Positions 9,525-20,129 are shown, counted from the first letter of the stretch. The stretch is 55,683 bases of DNA from an uncultured Syntrophaceae bacterium (GCA_964433455.1 CAYSSF010000004.1:1-55683); one strand, 5' to 3'. Translations and numbers: made by a program. The notes: generated by a model not told the origin, from the sequence alone.

Positions 9525-11292
9525 GTCCGTTCCTCGAATCCATGTCGCCATCCACCGGCAGTTTGATCAGGAACGTTGTCCCCTTGCCCTGTCGGCTCTC
9601 CACGCGGATCTCCCCCCGGTGGCTTTCGATGATCTGGTGGACAATCGCCAACCCCAGACCGGCGCCTTTACGCTTCCGGCTAAAAAAGGGCTCAAAAACC
9701 TTATCGAGGTCCTCCGCCGGGATGCCGGCCCCGGTATCGGCGATGGCCGCCAGGATGGCGGGCGGAGGGCCGTATCGGCGCAGAGTGAGGCGGATCTCCC
9801 CCCCTCCCTCCATCGATTCGATCGCATTCAGAAGGAGATTCAGGAAAACCTGCGATATCTGATCGCGGTCGACCGAAACCGCCGGCAGGTCCGGCTCATA
9901 TTCCTTGAACACCGCCACCTTGCGGGCGGCCAGATCGGGGGCCAGAAGTTTCAGCGCGTGGCCGGCGATATCCTCCAGCGATTGCGGCTCCCTGCGGGGC
10001 GCTTTCGGTCCCGCAAAGTCCAGCAGTTCCGTGATCACCCGGTTCAGCCGGTCGACCTCCTTGACCATGACCGAGGCATATCCCTCCTCCTCGGGCTGCC
10101 CGTGAAAGCGCTTCACAAAATACTGGGCAAATCCCCGAATGGAACTGAGGGGGTTGCGAATCTCATGCGCCACACCGGCGGCCAGCCGTCCGAGCGACGC
10201 CAGCCGTTCGCTGCGCCGCACCCTTCCCTGAAGATCGCGGATCTCACGCAGGTCCTTGATCAGCAGGACCGACCCCATCTCCCGTCCCTTTTCGTCCTTG
10301 AGCGGCGCCGCGCTGAGGCTCAAGGGAATCATGCCGTCCGGATCTCTCCGGACATCGATGTCCCGCTCGCGCACCGCCCCCCGCCTCTCCGCTGAGCCCA
10401 GAATCTCCCCGACCCCCTCCCCCAGCACATCGGCAATTCTTCGGCCCTCCAGGAGTTCCCGGCTGGAGCCGAGGATTTGGAGGGCCTGTCGATTCAAGGT
10501 CACGATCCTTCCGTCGCGATCCATCGAGATCAGACCGTCGGCCATGCTTTCGACCACGTTTTCCGTGTAGCCCTTCATCCGGTCCAGCGTACGGTCCACC
10601 AGGTAGTAATTCTGAACGATAAAAATGAAGTAAAGCGCCCCTGTTCCCAGTACGATCAGGATCGCCCCCATCAGGAGGGTATGATGCCTGTCCTCCCGGC
10701 GGGCCGTTTCAAAGGTGGCCAGGTGGAGACTCAGGGCGATCATCTTGTCTCCGGCCCACCGGTGCAACGGACTTTCCGGCAATGCGGACCCCGGGTCCAC
10801 CAGGCGACGCAACGGGGAAGGGGGCTGATAGGAAAAGGGGCGAAACGGCTGAATCACCTCGAAGACCTGGAGTCCACCCGGCTGTTCCTGATAACGGGTG
10901 ATCATTCCCCTCTCTTTCAACAAAAGAGCCAGCGAGGAGGCCCCTGGGATCTTTTCCGCGACCGGGCCGGCCGGGCGGCTCGCCGCAACGATGCTCCCGG
11001 TGCGATTAAAAATCGCAATGGCGGCGACCTCCGGTTCGCGGGAAACCTCTCCCACCAGTTTTTGAAGGCGTTGCGGATCGGGCGGAGAGGAAGAGACCTC
11101 TGCGCGGACGCCCGCCTCGATCGCCCGGATGATGACCAGCCCCTCCCGGATGAGGGAATCTTCCATTCGTCCCCTCTCCCGGCTCATGTTCCGGTAGGTG
11201 GAGACGGCGATCACCAGCAGCAGGGTCAGCACAGCGGCCACGATGGTCCAGGCGGGCAGATAAAGCGATTTGTAGCTTTTACCCTTCTTCAT
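9517..11292 (-). CDS. PAS-domain sensor histidine kinase (ZraS-like)
   Basis: 2 TM, PAS, H-box AHEIRNPL, NLLLNA, DTGAGI, GAGLGL. Confidence 0.92.
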   Translation of the reverse strand: MKKGKSYKSLYLPAWTIVAAVLTLLLVIAVSTYRNMSRERGRMEDSLIREGLVIIRAIEAGVRAEVSSSPPDPQRLQKLVGEVSREPEVAAIAIFNRTGSIVAASRPAGPVAEKIPGASSLALLLKERGMITRYQEQPGGLQVFEVIQPFRPFSYQPPSPLRRLVDPGSALPESPLHRWAGDKMIALSLHLATFETARREDRHHTLLMGAILIVLGTGALYFIFIVQNYYLVDRTLDRMKGYTENVVESMADGLISMDRDGRIVTLNRQALQILGSSRELLEGRRIADVLGEGVGEILGSAERRGAVRERDIDVRRDPDGMIPLSLSAAPLKDEKGREMGSVLLIKDLREIRDLQGRVRRSERLASLGRLAAGVAHEIRNPLSSIRGFAQYFVKRFHGQPEEEGYASVMVKEVDRLNRVITELLDFAGPKAPRREPQSLEDIAGHALKLLAPDLAARKVAVFKEYEPDLPAVSVDRDQISQVFLNLLLNAIESMEGGGEIRLTLRRYGPPPAILAAIADTGAGIPAEDLDKVFEPFFSRKRKGAGLGLAIVHQIIESHRGEIRVESRQGKGTTFLIKLPVDGDMDSRNGHG

Positions 11293-11429
11293 CGATCATC
11301 CATTCAAAGACGGGAAATTCTGTTTTCCTGCGGCGATCCGATTTACCGCTCGCCGGAAATATAGGGGAAAGGCCATGGTGCGTCAAGCGGAAACGGCACA
11401 ACCGCCGGAGACCGCCCGAATAAATCTCC

Positions 11430-11458
11430 TTGACAAAGACCCTCCCCGTTCGTATCTT
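11430..11458 (+). promoter_or_regulatory. Sigma70-type promoter of ABC/Mo-hydroxylase operon
   Basis: TTGACA-17 nt-TATCTT. Confidence 0.55.
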
Positions 11459-11642
11459 CCCCGGTGCATGGCCGGTCCATGATTCATCGGATCTATGGAG
11501 GGTTGCGGAGCGGATGGCCGAGAGGGGGGTAAAAGGGCGCAGGAACGCTGGAGACTCCCCCCTGGGGCAAAGGGGCAGGAATGCAATGGCAATGAAGTAT
11601 CGCTGAACTCACGATGGGATGCCGTCAGAAGGAGGTACTGAA

Positions 11643-12899
11643 ATGGGTCTACGAAGGGTGCTGTTGGTTACAGGGATTGTCGCTTTTGCGGTAGCGCTCG
11701 CGGGAGGAAACGCATTTTCGGCGGAGTCCGTCTCCAAAATCAAGGTCGGCCTGATGTTCGGCCTTACGGGCGCGGCATCGCCGGTCGGCCCGGTCCAGTT
11801 GCAGGGTGCAAAGCTGGCGGTCAAGGAGATCAATGAAAACGGCGGGGTGAACTTCGGCGGCAAGAAGATTCCTCTCGAGTTTGTCGTCAAGGACGACGAG
11901 ACGAAGGCGGACATCGCCATCCGGCGATACCGGGAACTGGTCGGTGAAGACAAGGTCCACGGGGTCGTGGGCTCTACGTTCGCGCCGATCGCGGCGGCCC
12001 TCAACAAGGAAGTCCAGAAAAGTCCTACCCTGTACTACGCCGCCTGCGTGGCGCCCATTGCCATGTTCAAGAAGGGCGATCTGGCGCCGAGCACCTTCGG
12101 CATTCTCGGCGACGCCTATTCCATCGGTTATGCCGGCGCGGCCTATATCATCAACAAACTGGGTTTGAAGAACATCTACTTTTTCGCCCCGGCCTATGCG
12201 TTCGGATGGGACCAGTATGCCGGCGCCAAGGATGCGGCCGCCAAGTACGGCGCGAAGATGGAATACCTTGAAGCGCCGGTCGGCACGGGCGACTTCAGCT
12301 CCTACATCCTGAAGATGGCGGCGGCCAAGCCCGACATCGTCATGATGGCCCAGTGGGGCGTCGACGCGATTACCGTGCTCAAACAGTCCAACGAACTGGG
12401 TCTCAACAAGAAGACCAAGATCTGGTTCAACTGGATGACCCAGGTGTTCGGCGGCGGCGTTCCGCAGGAAGCCATGGAAGGCGTTTACTCCCTCATGTTC
12501 TGGAACTGGAACATGGACGGGTTCGAGGATGCGACGGTCGTGAAGGCGACGAAGGATTTCGTGGCCGGGTTCCAGAAGGAGTACGGCGCCGCCGAGGTTC
12601 CGGACCCCTATGCGGCGGTGGCCTACATGTCCGTAAAAGAGCTGGTCAGGGGCATCGAGATGGCCCAGTCCGTGGACACGAAAGCGGTGACGGCGGCGCT
12701 CATGAAGAGCCCGAAGTTCGACTCCGTGAAGGGTCCCGGCGTCTACCGGGAGGACCACCACGCCCTCTTCAAGTACGGCGCCTTTGTGGTCGTCGGCAAG
12801 GGGGCGAAAGAGAAGAAGGGCCCGAAAGACCTCGTGAAACTGATCGGGGCGTACACGGGCGAGGACTACCTGCCGACCCTGAAGAGCCTGGGTTACTAA
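11643..12899 (+). CDS. HAAT (LivK-like) ABC substrate-binding protein
   Basis: Signal peptide, IKVGLMFGLTG..AVKEINENGG; GGAGG SD. Confidence 0.9.
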   Translation: MGLRRVLLVTGIVAFAVALAGGNAFSAESVSKIKVGLMFGLTGAASPVGPVQLQGAKLAVKEINENGGVNFGGKKIPLEFVVKDDETKADIAIRRYRELVGEDKVHGVVGSTFAPIAAALNKEVQKSPTLYYAACVAPIAMFKKGDLAPSTFGILGDAYSIGYAGAAYIINKLGLKNIYFFAPAYAFGWDQYAGAKDAAAKYGAKMEYLEAPVGTGDFSSYILKMAAAKPDIVMMAQWGVDAITVLKQSNELGLNKKTKIWFNWMTQVFGGGVPQEAMEGVYSLMFWNWNMDGFEDATVVKATKDFVAGFQKEYGAAEVPDPYAAVAYMSVKELVRGIEMAQSVDTKAVTAALMKSPKFDSVKGPGVYREDHHALFKYGAFVVVGKGAKEKKGPKDLVKLIGAYTGEDYLPTLKSLGY

Positions 12900-12906
12900 T
12901 GAGAAC

Positions 12907-12939
12907 GCAAAGGGCGGGGCGAAAAGCCCCGCCCTTTGC
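12907..12939 (+). terminator. Strong intercistronic hairpin after the SBP gene (stabiliser/partial terminator)
   Basis: Perfect 14-bp stem GCAAAGGGCGGGGC/GCCCCGCCCTTTGC with GAAAA loop. Confidence 0.65.
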
Positions 12940-12961
12940 ACGGATGGGCACGGATGGGCGT

Positions 12962-13726
12962 ATGGCAGAAGTTGTGATCACCACGAGGGGAGTGACGAAG
13001 CAGTTCGACGGCTTGGTCGCGGCCAGCAATGTCGACTTCGAGATCCGTCACGGCGACACGGTCGGGATCATCGGCCCCAACGGGGCGGGGAAATCAACCT
13101 TCTTCAACCTTCTTACCGGCTTGTATCTTCCGGATTCGGGCAGCATCACCTACATGGGAAAGGACATTACGCGGATGCCGCCCTACGACCGGGTGGATCT
13201 TGGCATCGTCCGGACCTTTCAACTGGTCTCCGTTTTCGACACGCTGACGGTCCTCGAAAACATGATGCTCGCCCGGATACGGTTCGACAAAAGCTACGGC
13301 AGGAAACGCTTCTTTCTCCGGAACCTCCTCAAGAGCCGCGAGGTGGACGGCTGCCGGAAGGCGCTCGACACCATCGGCATCGCCGACAAGGGCGACGTGA
13401 AGGTCTCCGATCTGCCCTACGGGAAAAAGAGGGAGTTGGAGATCGCCATCGCCCTTTCGATGAACCCCAAACTGCTGCTCCTGGATGAACCCCTCGCGGG
13501 GATGAGCATGGTCGAGATCACCGAGATCATGGACATCATCCGGGGGCTCAAATCCACGTTGACCATCGTCCTGGTGGAGCACAAGATCTCGAAGATCCTC
13601 GACCTGGTGGACACGCTCTACGTGATGCACGAGGGGCGGATCATCTGCTCCGGCGAGCCGAACGCGGTCATCTGCGACCCGGCGGTCAAGGAGTGCTACT
13701 TCGGCAAGGATAACGTATGCTACTGA
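12962..13726 (+). CDS. HAAT ABC ATP-binding protein (LivG-like)
   Basis: GPNGAGKST, LPYGKKRELEIA, LLDEP. Confidence 0.9.
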   Translation: MAEVVITTRGVTKQFDGLVAASNVDFEIRHGDTVGIIGPNGAGKSTFFNLLTGLYLPDSGSITYMGKDITRMPPYDRVDLGIVRTFQLVSVFDTLTVLENMMLARIRFDKSYGRKRFFLRNLLKSREVDGCRKALDTIGIADKGDVKVSDLPYGKKRELEIAIALSMNPKLLLLDEPLAGMSMVEITEIMDIIRGLKSTLTIVLVEHKISKILDLVDTLYVMHEGRIICSGEPNAVICDPAVKECYFGKDNVCY

Positions 13727-14409
13727 ACGTCGACGCCATCCATGTCCATTACGGAAGCGCGCAGGTGCTCCACGACGTCTCGATCAACGTCAAGGAACGA
13801 GAGCTCGTCTGCGTCGTAGGCCGAAACGGGGCAGGCAAGACCACGCTGCTCAAGACCATCGGCGGTTTTCTGAAGCCGACCCGGGGGACGGTCGCCTTCG
13901 AAGGCCGCACCATCAGCGGTATGAGACCCGACAAAGTCGCGCTGCTGGGGGTCAAATACGTGTTCCAGGACAAGCGGGTTTTCGGCGACCTGACGGTCCG
14001 GGACAATATGGAGCTCGCCGCCTACCCGATTAAGGCGAACGTCGATGAGGCCGTGGAGCGGCTCTTTTCCATCTCCGAAAAGATGAAAAGACTCATCGAC
14101 TCGAAGGCCAAGGGCCTGAGCGGCGGGGAACGGCAGATCCTCCTCATCGGCAGGGCGATGGTGGGGAGCCCGAAGCTCCTGCTGATCGACGAGCCGACCG
14201 AGGGGCTCGCGGCGATCGTCATCAACGACATCGCCCGGATTCTGATGGAGACGAAGGGACGGTTGTCCATGATCGTGGTCGAGCAGAACCTCGCCATCGT
14301 ATCGAGGATGGCCGACCGGATCTACATCATGAAAGAGGGAAACATCATCAGGGAGATCACCGATGAGGCCGAGATCCGCGATCCGGCCTACATCGAGAGC
14401 CTCCTGTAG
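13717..14409 (+). CDS. HAAT ABC ATP-binding protein (LivF-like)
   Basis: GRNGAGKTT, LSGGERQ, IDEPTEGL. Confidence 0.9.
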   Translation: MLLNVDAIHVHYGSAQVLHDVSINVKERELVCVVGRNGAGKTTLLKTIGGFLKPTRGTVAFEGRTISGMRPDKVALLGVKYVFQDKRVFGDLTVRDNMELAAYPIKANVDEAVERLFSISEKMKRLIDSKAKGLSGGERQILLIGRAMVGSPKLLLIDEPTEGLAAIVINDIARILMETKGRLSMIVVEQNLAIVSRMADRIYIMKEGNIIREITDEAEIRDPAYIESLL

Positions 14410-14444
14410 CCGCTCCGGAGCACGCATCACGGATCAGGTGACCC

Positions 14445-15404
14445 ATGCTGTTGAAGAAGCTCAGAAACTCGCTCACATTCGCCGTCGCCGTCATCATGAT
14501 CGGCTTCATCGTGTTCGCCTACTCTGCATCGGTCAATAAAGTTACCGATTTCGTGATCTTCTGCATCTACGTTCTCGGGTTCGACGTGCTCTACGGCCAT
14601 ATGGGGAGGATCTCGTTCGGTCACACCCTCTATCTGGGCGCCGGGGCTTACGGCGCCGCCATGTGCGCAAAATACCTCGTGCCGGACCCCTTCCTGGCCA
14701 TGGCGGTCGGCATCGGGGCGGGCGCGACCCTCGGGCTTATCCTGGGGCCCATCGCGGTCAAGACCAAGGGCGCCGCCTTCGCCCTCATCAACGTGGCCTT
14801 CAACCAGATCGGCTACTTCATCGTCCTGGTGGCGCTCGCCCACTATACGGGCGGCGAGGACGGGGTCTCCCTCGACTTCAACAGCTACGGCTTCGTGAAT
14901 TTCCGGAACGTTCACTTCCTCTTCGCCTTCTGTCTCGCGTCGCTCGTGGCCGTCTATTACCTTATGCACCGGCTATACGGGTCGGCCTTCGGGGCGATGC
15001 TCCTCGGCATCAAGGAGAATGAGACCCGGGTACGATTCCTCGGCTACAACACACAGGCTTACAAACTGGTCGCCTTCATCATCTCGACCTCGGTATCGGC
15101 CTTCGCGGGCTCCCTGTTCGTCATCAACTACGGATTTGCCAACCCGAGCTTCATGGATCCTGCCAGGAATGTGGAGGTGATCTTCGCGGCCCTGATCGGC
15201 GGACCGGGGACCGAGTTCGGCGCCGTCGTCGGAGGGACGGCCTACATGGTCATCAGCAACTACCTGGCGAAATACATCACCCGGTGGGAGATGTTCCTCG
15301 GCGTGGCGCTTCTGATCATCGCGTTTGGATTCCGAAAAGGCATCATGGGCTACGTCCGCGACCTGGTGGATAAGAGAATCAAGGCCGGCGCCATAACGAA
15401 ATAG
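14445..15404 (+). CDS. HAAT ABC permease (LivM-like)
   Basis: GRISFGH, TGGEDG, IKENETR motifs; multi-TM. Confidence 0.9.
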   Translation: MLLKKLRNSLTFAVAVIMIGFIVFAYSASVNKVTDFVIFCIYVLGFDVLYGHMGRISFGHTLYLGAGAYGAAMCAKYLVPDPFLAMAVGIGAGATLGLILGPIAVKTKGAAFALINVAFNQIGYFIVLVALAHYTGGEDGVSLDFNSYGFVNFRNVHFLFAFCLASLVAVYYLMHRLYGSAFGAMLLGIKENETRVRFLGYNTQAYKLVAFIISTSVSAFAGSLFVINYGFANPSFMDPARNVEVIFAALIGGPGTEFGAVVGGTAYMVISNYLAKYITRWEMFLGVALLIIAFGFRKGIMGYVRDLVDKRIKAGAITK

Positions 15405-15421
15405 AGAGGTAGCTTGGGAAC

Positions 15422-16255
15422 ATGTTGGAAGTGATCGCATACGGCCTCACAATCGGCGGCATCCTCTACATCGTTTCGATCGGATTCTCCCTGACCTTCG
15501 GAAGTATGAAGATCGTCAATTTCGCGCACGGACTCGTCTATGCGGTCGGCGCCTATGCGCTCTACGCCCTGCTCCCCGTCACGAACGGGAATTTCGTCCT
15601 CGCCGCGATTCTGGCGATTCTCGCATCGCTGCCGGTGAGCTATGTGATCGAGAAATTCGTCATCCGGCGGCTCTATGGAAAATCCATCGACTATGCCATC
15701 ATCGCCAGCTACGCGGTCCTGCTGATCGGCGTGGACATCATCAAATGGATCTGGGGTGCGTCGCCGGTGCCCCTCAGCGACCCCGTGGGCATCAACGCCC
15801 ACTTTTTCACGATGGAGATCCCTTTCTACCGCGTGATCATCATCGCGCTCTCCTTCATCATCTTCATCGGTCTGTCCATCTTCTTCAAGAAATCGATCAT
15901 CGGCAAGATCGTGATCGCGGGACTGGCCGACCGGGAGGCGGTCTTGAGTCTCGGGATCGATATCGACAAGTACTTTGCGATCGTCTTTTTGCTGGGGAGT
16001 GCGCTGGCATCGCTGGGCGGCATCCTTTACGGGCCCATCAGCACGGTCCACCCGTACATGGGCTTTCGGATCGTCACCCTCTGTTTTGCCGTTGTCATCG
16101 TGGGGGGGATGGGAAATCTGCGCGGAACGGCGATCGCATCCTACGTCCTGGGGATGGTCATGGCCGTGACCGCCTGGTACTGGGGCGCCGCGGCCGACGC
16201 GATGATCTTTGCGGTCATGGCGGGGGTGCTGATTTTCCGGCCGATCGAAGTGTGA
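15422..16255 (+). CDS. HAAT ABC permease (LivH-like)
   Basis: IVNFAHG, VIVGGMGN motifs. Confidence 0.9.
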   Translation: MLEVIAYGLTIGGILYIVSIGFSLTFGSMKIVNFAHGLVYAVGAYALYALLPVTNGNFVLAAILAILASLPVSYVIEKFVIRRLYGKSIDYAIIASYAVLLIGVDIIKWIWGASPVPLSDPVGINAHFFTMEIPFYRVIIIALSFIIFIGLSIFFKKSIIGKIVIAGLADREAVLSLGIDIDKYFAIVFLLGSALASLGGILYGPISTVHPYMGFRIVTLCFAVVIVGGMGNLRGTAIASYVLGMVMAVTAWYWGAAADAMIFAVMAGVLIFRPIEV

Positions 16256-16317
16256 TATAGTAACTGTGATACAATAAGAAAAAATTCTCTCGTTTTCTTG
16301 GTGAAAAGAAAGGAGCA

Positions 16318-17241
16318 ATGATGCAAGCACAAGAAATCGTTGCCTATCGTAAGGACATGGCATGGGAGGAATACCTGGCGCCGTCCTCGCTCGACGAGGC
16401 GCTGGAGATGCTCGAACGGCGCCGCGGCGCGGCGCGGGTCATCGCCGGCGGGACCGATATCGTCCCGGCCTGCCGCAAGGGAGCTCCGGGAATCAAGGCG
16501 CTTGTCGATATCACCCGGATACCCGGTCTCGATACAATCAGCCTGGACGGCCGGACCGTGAAGATCGGCCCGCTGGTCACCCACACCGAGGTGGCGCTCT
16601 CCGGGCTGATCCGGGAGAGGGGCATGGCCCTGGCCGAAGGCGCCTCCCGGCTCGGCTCCCCCCAGATCCGAAATATCGCCACGGTCGCGGGAAACATCAT
16701 CAACGCCCAACCGGGCGCCGACACCGTAATACCGCTTCTGGCGCTGGACGGATCGGTCACGATCCTGAGCCGGCAGGGCGAACGGACGATCCCGCTGGCC
16801 GGGCTCTTCACCGGCATCGGCAGGACCAGGATCGACAGCACGAAAGAGATCGTGACCGGGATCTCCTTCCCCGCCCTCGGGAAAGGGGAAGCGAGCGCCG
16901 CGATGCGGCTCGCCAAGAGAAAAACCCTCGTCCTTCCGATCCTGACGGTGGCCGTGGTCGTCGGGACGGACCCCGGCAGGAAGAACTTTACCAGGGTCCG
17001 GATCGCGGTCGGTCCCGTGGCGACGACGCCGCTCCGCTGCAGGTTGGCCGAGGAGATCCTGTCGGGAAGACCGATCGGCGAAGAGATCATCCGGAAGGCC
17101 GCGGCGGAGGCGGAGAAAGCAGCGAACCCGAGGACGAGCCTCATTCGCGGGACGTCCGAATACCGAAAGGCCATGGTTGCGGTCCTCGTCGAACGGGGAA
17201 TCGCCACGGCCCTCAAACGGCTGGAGGAGAGCAATGGCTGA
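16318..17241 (+). CDS. Xanthine dehydrogenase-family FAD-binding subunit
   Basis: IAGGTD, GSPQIRNIATVAGN..AD; start 16318 or 16357. Confidence 0.9.
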   Translation: MMQAQEIVAYRKDMAWEEYLAPSSLDEALEMLERRRGAARVIAGGTDIVPACRKGAPGIKALVDITRIPGLDTISLDGRTVKIGPLVTHTEVALSGLIRERGMALAEGASRLGSPQIRNIATVAGNIINAQPGADTVIPLLALDGSVTILSRQGERTIPLAGLFTGIGRTRIDSTKEIVTGISFPALGKGEASAAMRLAKRKTLVLPILTVAVVVGTDPGRKNFTRVRIAVGPVATTPLRCRLAEEILSGRPIGEEIIRKAAAEAEKAANPRTSLIRGTSEYRKAMVAVLVERGIATALKRLEESNG

Positions 17242-17710
17242 GAAATCGATCACATTTACGGTCAATGGCAAAGAGGTTTCCGTCGAGGCGGCGCCCGGCG
17301 AGATGCTCGTCGACGTACTGCGGGGAAAGCTCGGTCTCACCGGCACGAAGGTGGGCTGCCGCGAGGGGGAGTGCGGCGCCTGTTCGATTATCCTGAACGG
17401 AAAGCTCGTCGCCTCCTGCATCATCCCCGTCATGAAGGCGGAGGGCGCCACGATCCTCACGATAGAGGGTCTCGAGAAAAACGGCGAGATCCATCGGATC
17501 CAGAAGCGGTTCATCGAGGACGGAGCGATTCAATGCGGCTTCTGCACGCCGGCCATGGTTCTGGCGGGCAAGGCGCTCCTCGACGGGAATCCGCACCCGG
17601 CGCGGGAAGAGATCCAACTCGCCATATCGGGCATCCTCTGCCGGTGCACGGGCTACCAGAAGATCATCACGGCCATCGATTCGGCTGCACAGGCCGGGGA
17701 AGTGAGGTGA
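17234..17710 (+). CDS. Xanthine dehydrogenase-family 2x[2Fe-2S] subunit
   Basis: GCREGECGAC, QCGFCTP, LCRCTGY. Confidence 0.93.
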   Translation: MAEKSITFTVNGKEVSVEAAPGEMLVDVLRGKLGLTGTKVGCREGECGACSIILNGKLVASCIIPVMKAEGATILTIEGLEKNGEIHRIQKRFIEDGAIQCGFCTPAMVLAGKALLDGNPHPAREEIQLAISGILCRCTGYQKIITAIDSAAQAGEVR

Positions 17711-17713
17711 ACC

Positions 17714-20056
17714 ATGTCTGACAATGAAAAAGATACGGCACAAAACGATCAGGAATTCGCGATTGTCGGCAAGTCCATGCCAAGACTGGATGCAAGGGGC
17801 AAGGTCACCGGAACTCTGAAGTTCATCGCGGACATGGAATGCCTCGATGCGCTCCACGCAAAGGTGCTCAGGAGCCCCTATCCCCACGCGCTGATCAAGA
17901 AAATCGACACGTCGAAGGCGGAAGCGCTGCCGGGCGTGGCCGCCGTCATGACGGCGAAAGACCTCCCCGGCAGGAACGGCTGGGGGGCGATCGTCCCGGA
18001 CCAGCCGGTCGTCTGTGGCGACAAGGTGCGGTACGTGGGGGACGCGGTCGCGCTCGTTGCGGCCGTCGACGAGAATACGGCGATCGAGGCGCTCGGCCTG
18101 ATCACAGTAGACTACGAGGAGCTTCCCGCCGTCTTCTCACCCATCGACGCGCTCAAGAGCGATGCCCCGAAGATCCATGAGTCGGGGAACCTGATCACCA
18201 CATCCCGGGTCGTGAAGGGCGATGCGGAACAGGGGTTCCGCGAGGCGGATGTGGTGCTGGAGCGTACCTTCGTGGTGCCCTTCCTGGAGCACGCCTACAT
18301 CGAACCGGATGTCGCGCTGGCGATCCCCGGCGGCGACGGCACCATGACGGTGATGGCCCCGATGCAGGCGCCTTTCACCACCCGCCGGAACGTGGCGCCG
18401 GTCCTGGGGATCCCCATCAACCGAGTCCGCTGCGTCGTGACCCCGCTGGGCGGCGGTTTCGGCGGCAAGGAGGATTCGCCGATCGACACCTGCGTCCGGG
18501 CGGCGGTCCTGGCCTGGAAGACGGGCAAGCCGGTGCGGCTCGAATACACCCGCGAGGAGATCATGCTCTCCACGTGCAAGCGGCACCCGATGATCATCCG
18601 CTGCAAATTCGGGGCGAAGAAGGACGGCACCTTCACGGCGGTGGAGGGGACGATCTACAACGAACAGGGGGCGTACGCGTCGCTCGGCCCCGTACTTCCT
18701 CCCGCGGGCGGCGTCCACGCCCATGCGGTGGTCATGCTGGCGGGACCTTACGAGATCCCGAACGTGAAGGTGGAAGGGTATCTCGTCTACACGAACCATC
18801 CCTACGGCGGCGCCATGCGCGGTTTCGGCGCGCCCCAGTCGAATTTCGCCCATGAATCGCTCGTTGACGAGCTGGCGGATCTGCTGAAGATGGATCCCTA
18901 CGAACTCCGGCTGAAAAACGCCTTCAAGCTCGGGTCGAAGACGGCCACGGGACAGGTGATCGACCAGAGCATCGGCCTCCGGGAGACGATGGCCGAGACG
19001 AAGAGGCTCTTCGACTGGGCGGCAAAACGCAAACCCACACCCGACCCCGCTCAGACCCGAAGCGTGGACAAGCGGACCGGCTACGGAATGGCGGTCGGAT
19101 GGTACCGGACGAGCATCGGCACGGCGGCCGACGGCTGCGGGGTGAACCTGCACCTGATGGAAGACGGCTCGGTCATCATCTATCAGGGCTGTGTCGAGAT
19201 GGGCCAGGGGATGCACACGGGCATCGCCCAGATCGCGGCGGAGGCGCTCGGCACGGCGCTGGAAGACGTCCGGGTGGTGGCGCCCGACACCGACAGCGCC
19301 CCCGAGTCGGGGCCGACGGTCGGCTCCCGTTCCACCACCCTCATGGGCAACGCCATTCTTCTTGCCGCACAGCCGATCAAGGAGTCTCTCATGCTCTCCG
19401 CAGCGGAACTCCTTGAGACGCCCGTGGAGCGGCTCGTGGCTCGGGATCGCTTCATCTACGACCCGGACAACCCCGGCGACCGGCTGGCGCTCAAGGAGGC
19501 GGCCCGCCGGTGTATGGCCATGGGGCGGAGAATGATCGGCCAGGGGTGGTACACCCCGCCGAAGGCGACGCTCGACCCGAAGACCGGCCAGGGGAATCCC
19601 TATTTCGTCTACACCTATGCGACGCAGATGGCCGAGGTGGAAGTGGACATGCGGACCGGCGAGGTCACCGTGAAAAGGATTGCCGCCGCCTTCGATATCG
19701 GCAAGGCGATCAACCCGATGCTGCTCGAAGGTCAGATCGACGGCGGCATCGGCATGGGCATCGGGTATGCGCTCCTGGAAAAGGTGATCATCGACAAAGG
19801 GATGATCCAGAACCTCGATTTCCGGAACTACCTGATCCCCACCTCGCTGGATGTGCCGGAGATCGAAGCGACGCTCCTCGAAATGCCGAACGTCCACGGA
19901 CCCTTCGGGGCGAAGGGGATCGGCGAGATGCCGAACATCCCGACCCCGGCCACGATCAACAACGCGATCGCGAACGCGATCGGCGTCCGGCTCTTCGAAC
20001 TGCCCCTCGATTCGGAATCCGTCTGGAGGGCGATTCGGGGAGTTACCGGAAAGTAA
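17714..20056 (+). CDS. Xanthine dehydrogenase-family molybdopterin-binding subunit (probable Se-dependent Mo hydroxylase)
   Basis: GGGFGGKE, AMRGFGAPQ, EMGQG, GAKGIGE. Confidence 0.92.
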   Translation: MSDNEKDTAQNDQEFAIVGKSMPRLDARGKVTGTLKFIADMECLDALHAKVLRSPYPHALIKKIDTSKAEALPGVAAVMTAKDLPGRNGWGAIVPDQPVVCGDKVRYVGDAVALVAAVDENTAIEALGLITVDYEELPAVFSPIDALKSDAPKIHESGNLITTSRVVKGDAEQGFREADVVLERTFVVPFLEHAYIEPDVALAIPGGDGTMTVMAPMQAPFTTRRNVAPVLGIPINRVRCVVTPLGGGFGGKEDSPIDTCVRAAVLAWKTGKPVRLEYTREEIMLSTCKRHPMIIRCKFGAKKDGTFTAVEGTIYNEQGAYASLGPVLPPAGGVHAHAVVMLAGPYEIPNVKVEGYLVYTNHPYGGAMRGFGAPQSNFAHESLVDELADLLKMDPYELRLKNAFKLGSKTATGQVIDQSIGLRETMAETKRLFDWAAKRKPTPDPAQTRSVDKRTGYGMAVGWYRTSIGTAADGCGVNLHLMEDGSVIIYQGCVEMGQGMHTGIAQIAAEALGTALEDVRVVAPDTDSAPESGPTVGSRSTTLMGNAILLAAQPIKESLMLSAAELLETPVERLVARDRFIYDPDNPGDRLALKEAARRCMAMGRRMIGQGWYTPPKATLDPKTGQGNPYFVYTYATQMAEVEVDMRTGEVTVKRIAAAFDIGKAINPMLLEGQIDGGIGMGIGYALLEKVIIDKGMIQNLDFRNYLIPTSLDVPEIEATLLEMPNVHGPFGAKGIGEMPNIPTPATINNAIANAIGVRLFELPLDSESVWRAIRGVTGK

Positions 20057-20105
20057 CCGGCGGAGACGATTAAGGAAAAGAACGTTCTGATCAATCCAAC
20101 CGGAT

Positions 20106-20129
20106 GAGGCAGGGGTTCAAACCCGCCTC
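20106..20129. repeat. Degenerate REP-like palindrome
   Basis: GAGGCAGGGGTTCAAACCCGCCTC, similar to the REP core at 25865-25893. Confidence 0.4.

Noticed and set aside
11649-12941. 430-aa minus-strand ORF
   Set aside because: Antisense shadow of the SBP gene; no motifs
12353-12961. N-terminal extension of the LivG ORF
   Set aside because: Overlaps the SBP in another frame; real start is ATG 12962
18137-19897. 586-aa minus-strand ORF
   Set aside because: Antisense shadow of the Mo subunit in GC-rich DNA
16318-20056. 4-hydroxybenzoyl-CoA reductase assignment
   Set aside because: FAD subunit lacks the Cys-rich 4Fe-4S insertion; yqeBC context points to the Se-hydroxylase type
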